Shown piece by piece: positions 61,643 through 64,000 of a DNA stretch of 64,000 bases (positions are counted from its first letter, which is position 1; the number at the start of each line of letters is the position of its first letter). Source of the DNA: Iphione sp. A-MEVVRFRX5 (Eukaryota); contig OZ320315.1 of assembly GCA_976226885.1 (NCBI GenBank), positions 116,002,001 to 116,066,000 of the forward strand. Direction: 5' to 3'. Under the pieces are notes generated by a model that was given only the letters and a program-made list of their open reading frames with translations, was not told the origin of the DNA and ran no database searches. The position numbers and the translations under genes are program-made.

Positions 61643-63820
61643 ATAAGATAAGATAAGATAAGATAAGAAGAATTTATTGACCATCCAACAGCTCGCCTCT
61701 TTGAGGCGTTTTTACAGGTATGGATGTACTTCCTGATAGGCTTGAATGATGTTTTGCAGCAAACAGTTAATACATTAGAACACATGAAATATCATTTACA
61801 ACAGTAAATACATTAAAAATCATTTAAAAGAGTAAAGGTGAGCGCAAAGCTGGTGTTGAATAATTTGAATGATGTTTTAGTCAGTTAAGTGATGTTAGTG
61901 TTAGATAGGATAACTAGATTGAGAACCTAGAGAGTAGCTTAAAAGTCTCCATATCAGGGGCATCTCTGATAAAGGGATCAAGCTTATTCCAGAGGCATAA
62001 GCCATGATAGTGTAGAGATCTTTTAATGAATTCTGTATTTGGTTTTGCTATCTTTATTAATTTTGAGTCATGTTGTCTAGTCGTAAGAGAATTTTGAAGG
62101 GGCAGCATATCCAGTAGGATGAGCTTATGAATAACATTTAACATGAACCATCTTCTTCTTGCGAATGTGTCTCGAATGTTGAAGAAGATATGCAAGTCTT
62201 TCTCACAGGGCATAGTTTTCTTTAATTGATAAGTCTTGGTTTTTGTATAGATAATAGCTAAGGCTCTATTTTGAAGTTTTTGAAGTCTCATGATGCCACT
62301 CTTGCGGTTACAAGATAAGAATATAGTTGAATAATCAACATAGGGCAAGATGAGGACTTTGTAAACTCTGATCAAATCATCTGTATTGAAATAGTTTTTC
62401 AACTTGTTCAAGAGGTAGATTTTGCTGGATATCTTCTTAATTAGTTTCTCTAATTCTTCAGAAAAGTGCATATGGCGATCAAACATGATTCCTAGATACG
62501 GGTAGCTATCAACAAAGTCTATAACTTCATTATTGACCATTAGGTTACTGGTACATGTGGCATTATGTGTATATACAGGTAAGATTTTTGTTTTCTTGAA
62601 ATTTAGGGTTAATAAGTTGTTCTGGCACCATAGACACGCTTGCTTTATAACCTTTTCAGTCTCTACCATCAGTACATCCAGGTTATCATTTTCAACCATT
62701 ATTAAGGTGTCATCCGCAAATAATGTAGTGCTAGCATTTATGTGACCTGGCATATCGTTAATATAGAGAGAGAAGAGTAGTGGTCCCAAGTTGGACCCTT
62801 GTGGGACCCCTATGTTGCAGTCTCTTAAATCTGATGATAAACCATTTACAACACAATATTGTTTCCTAGAGCTTAGATAGTCTTTAAACCATTTAGTCGA
62901 ATGATCTGATAGGTGGAACTGAGTTCTTAATTTTGTGATTAGAATAGCATGGTCGACAGTGTCAAAAGCCTTACGTAGGTCTATGAATACCAGGTTTGAG
63001 TGATGGCCCTCATTGATATTCTCATATACTTTATTTGCCACATGGAAAACAGCTTCTCTTGTACCTCTTGATTTCCGAAATCCAAATTGGTTGGCAACTA
63101 ATAGGCTGTGTTGTTCTAGATGATCATACAGTTGATTGAATACAATCTTTTCTAATATTTTAACAGGAGTTGGCAAAAGTGATATAGGTCTATAATTATC
63201 AGTGGATTCAGGGTTGCCTTTTTTAAAAAGAGGAATAACCTTGGCTATTTTCCAGTTTTGGGGGATCTTCTCAGTTTCAATACTAAGATTGATCAGATGT
63301 GTAAATTGATTAATCGTTTTGGAAATGCAATGCCAAAATAAAGTAGGTGATATGCCCGGAAGATTAGTGAACTTTTTCTTATTAAGTTGATTGATGACCA
63401 ATAATACATCTTTTTTGGTGATCTTCTTAAGATTGAAGTTGGGCACATCATGTGAAGTATCAGAATGTGTTACTTCCACATTTTTCGCTACATAATTCCT
63501 CCTTAGGTCTTGGGCAATGTTTGCAAAATAGTCATTCATATGATTAGGTACTTGATTGAGAGGAATGTTAACGTTCTCTTTCTTTATATTAATGAAAGAT
63601 GATTTAGTAGTTGCAGTACCAGTCAATTCTTTCATTAGAGCCCAGTAATCCTTGCTATTTTTTCGGATATCATGTAACTTTCTTCTGTAGTATGATTCCT
63701 TATAAAATTTGACTTTCTTCCTTATTTGTTGTTTCAAGTGTGCAGTTATTCTCTTAGTGTCTATATCTTTTCTCTTCTTATATTTTTTGAGGAAATAATT
63801 TTTTAGTCTAATTTCTCTTA
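61643..63820 (-). mobile_element. 5'-truncated LINE (element A): uninterrupted 607-aa RT ORF (61914-63737), 3' stem-loop, AATAAA, (CTTAT)n tail
   Basis: NYRPISLL; FIDLRKAFDTVDH; GVPQGSNLGPLLF; LFADDT; YLGIMFD. Stem-loop cgcctc-ttt-gaggcg at 61694-61708; (taaga)5 at ~61643-61667. The 5' boundary is uncertain. Confidence 0.95.
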
Positions 63821-64000
63821 TTAAACTACATCAAAAATATACATATTGTATTGTTACTTGATATCGTATCACTACTAGATGTGACACCGTGCATTTCAAT
63901 GCACCTCTTTTAACATATACTTCACAATAAACCAATGACTCATTCTTTATTGATTCAAGGCACCAAATAGTTTTCTCTTCTATACTTCTCGAAGTAAATC

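Noticed and set aside
56340-63737. Cluster of RT genes as a retron/DGR/defence-type RT system
   Set aside because: All RTs have ordinary Gypsy or LINE motifs. The LINEs show 5' truncation and microsatellite tails, and no ncRNA or partner gene is evident.

Overview
This is eukaryotic (animal, probably invertebrate) repeat-dense genomic DNA. It shows GT-AG introns, AATAAA signals and CpG-depleted old sequence; I found no recognisable host gene, rRNA, tRNA or CRISPR array. About 28 kb (~7.6-35.7 kb) is a near-identical tandem array of a 1.7-1.8 kb chimeric monomer. The monomer combines the 5' end of a Merlin/ISXO2-type transposase with pieces of two unassigned repeat families. Its left part is organised as a 3,515-bp higher-order dimer repeated 5 times. 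The rest is a mosaic of transposon remnants: Merlin, a 3-intron THAP-Harbinger/ISL2EU transposase gene, several MULE pieces, about 8 LINE (CR1/L2-like) pieces, a DIRS/Ngaro RT fragment, a Polinton-like fragment and an LTR-less but intact Gypsy RT-RNase H ORF. By my manual count 18 of 20 TE fragments outside the array lie on the minus strand. The leading hypothesis (inference only) is a unistrand piRNA-cluster-like 'trap' locus in which an anti-Merlin segment has been amplified about 15-fold. All family assignments come from hand translation and motif recognition. No database searches were run, and boundaries are approximate unless a junction sequence is quoted.
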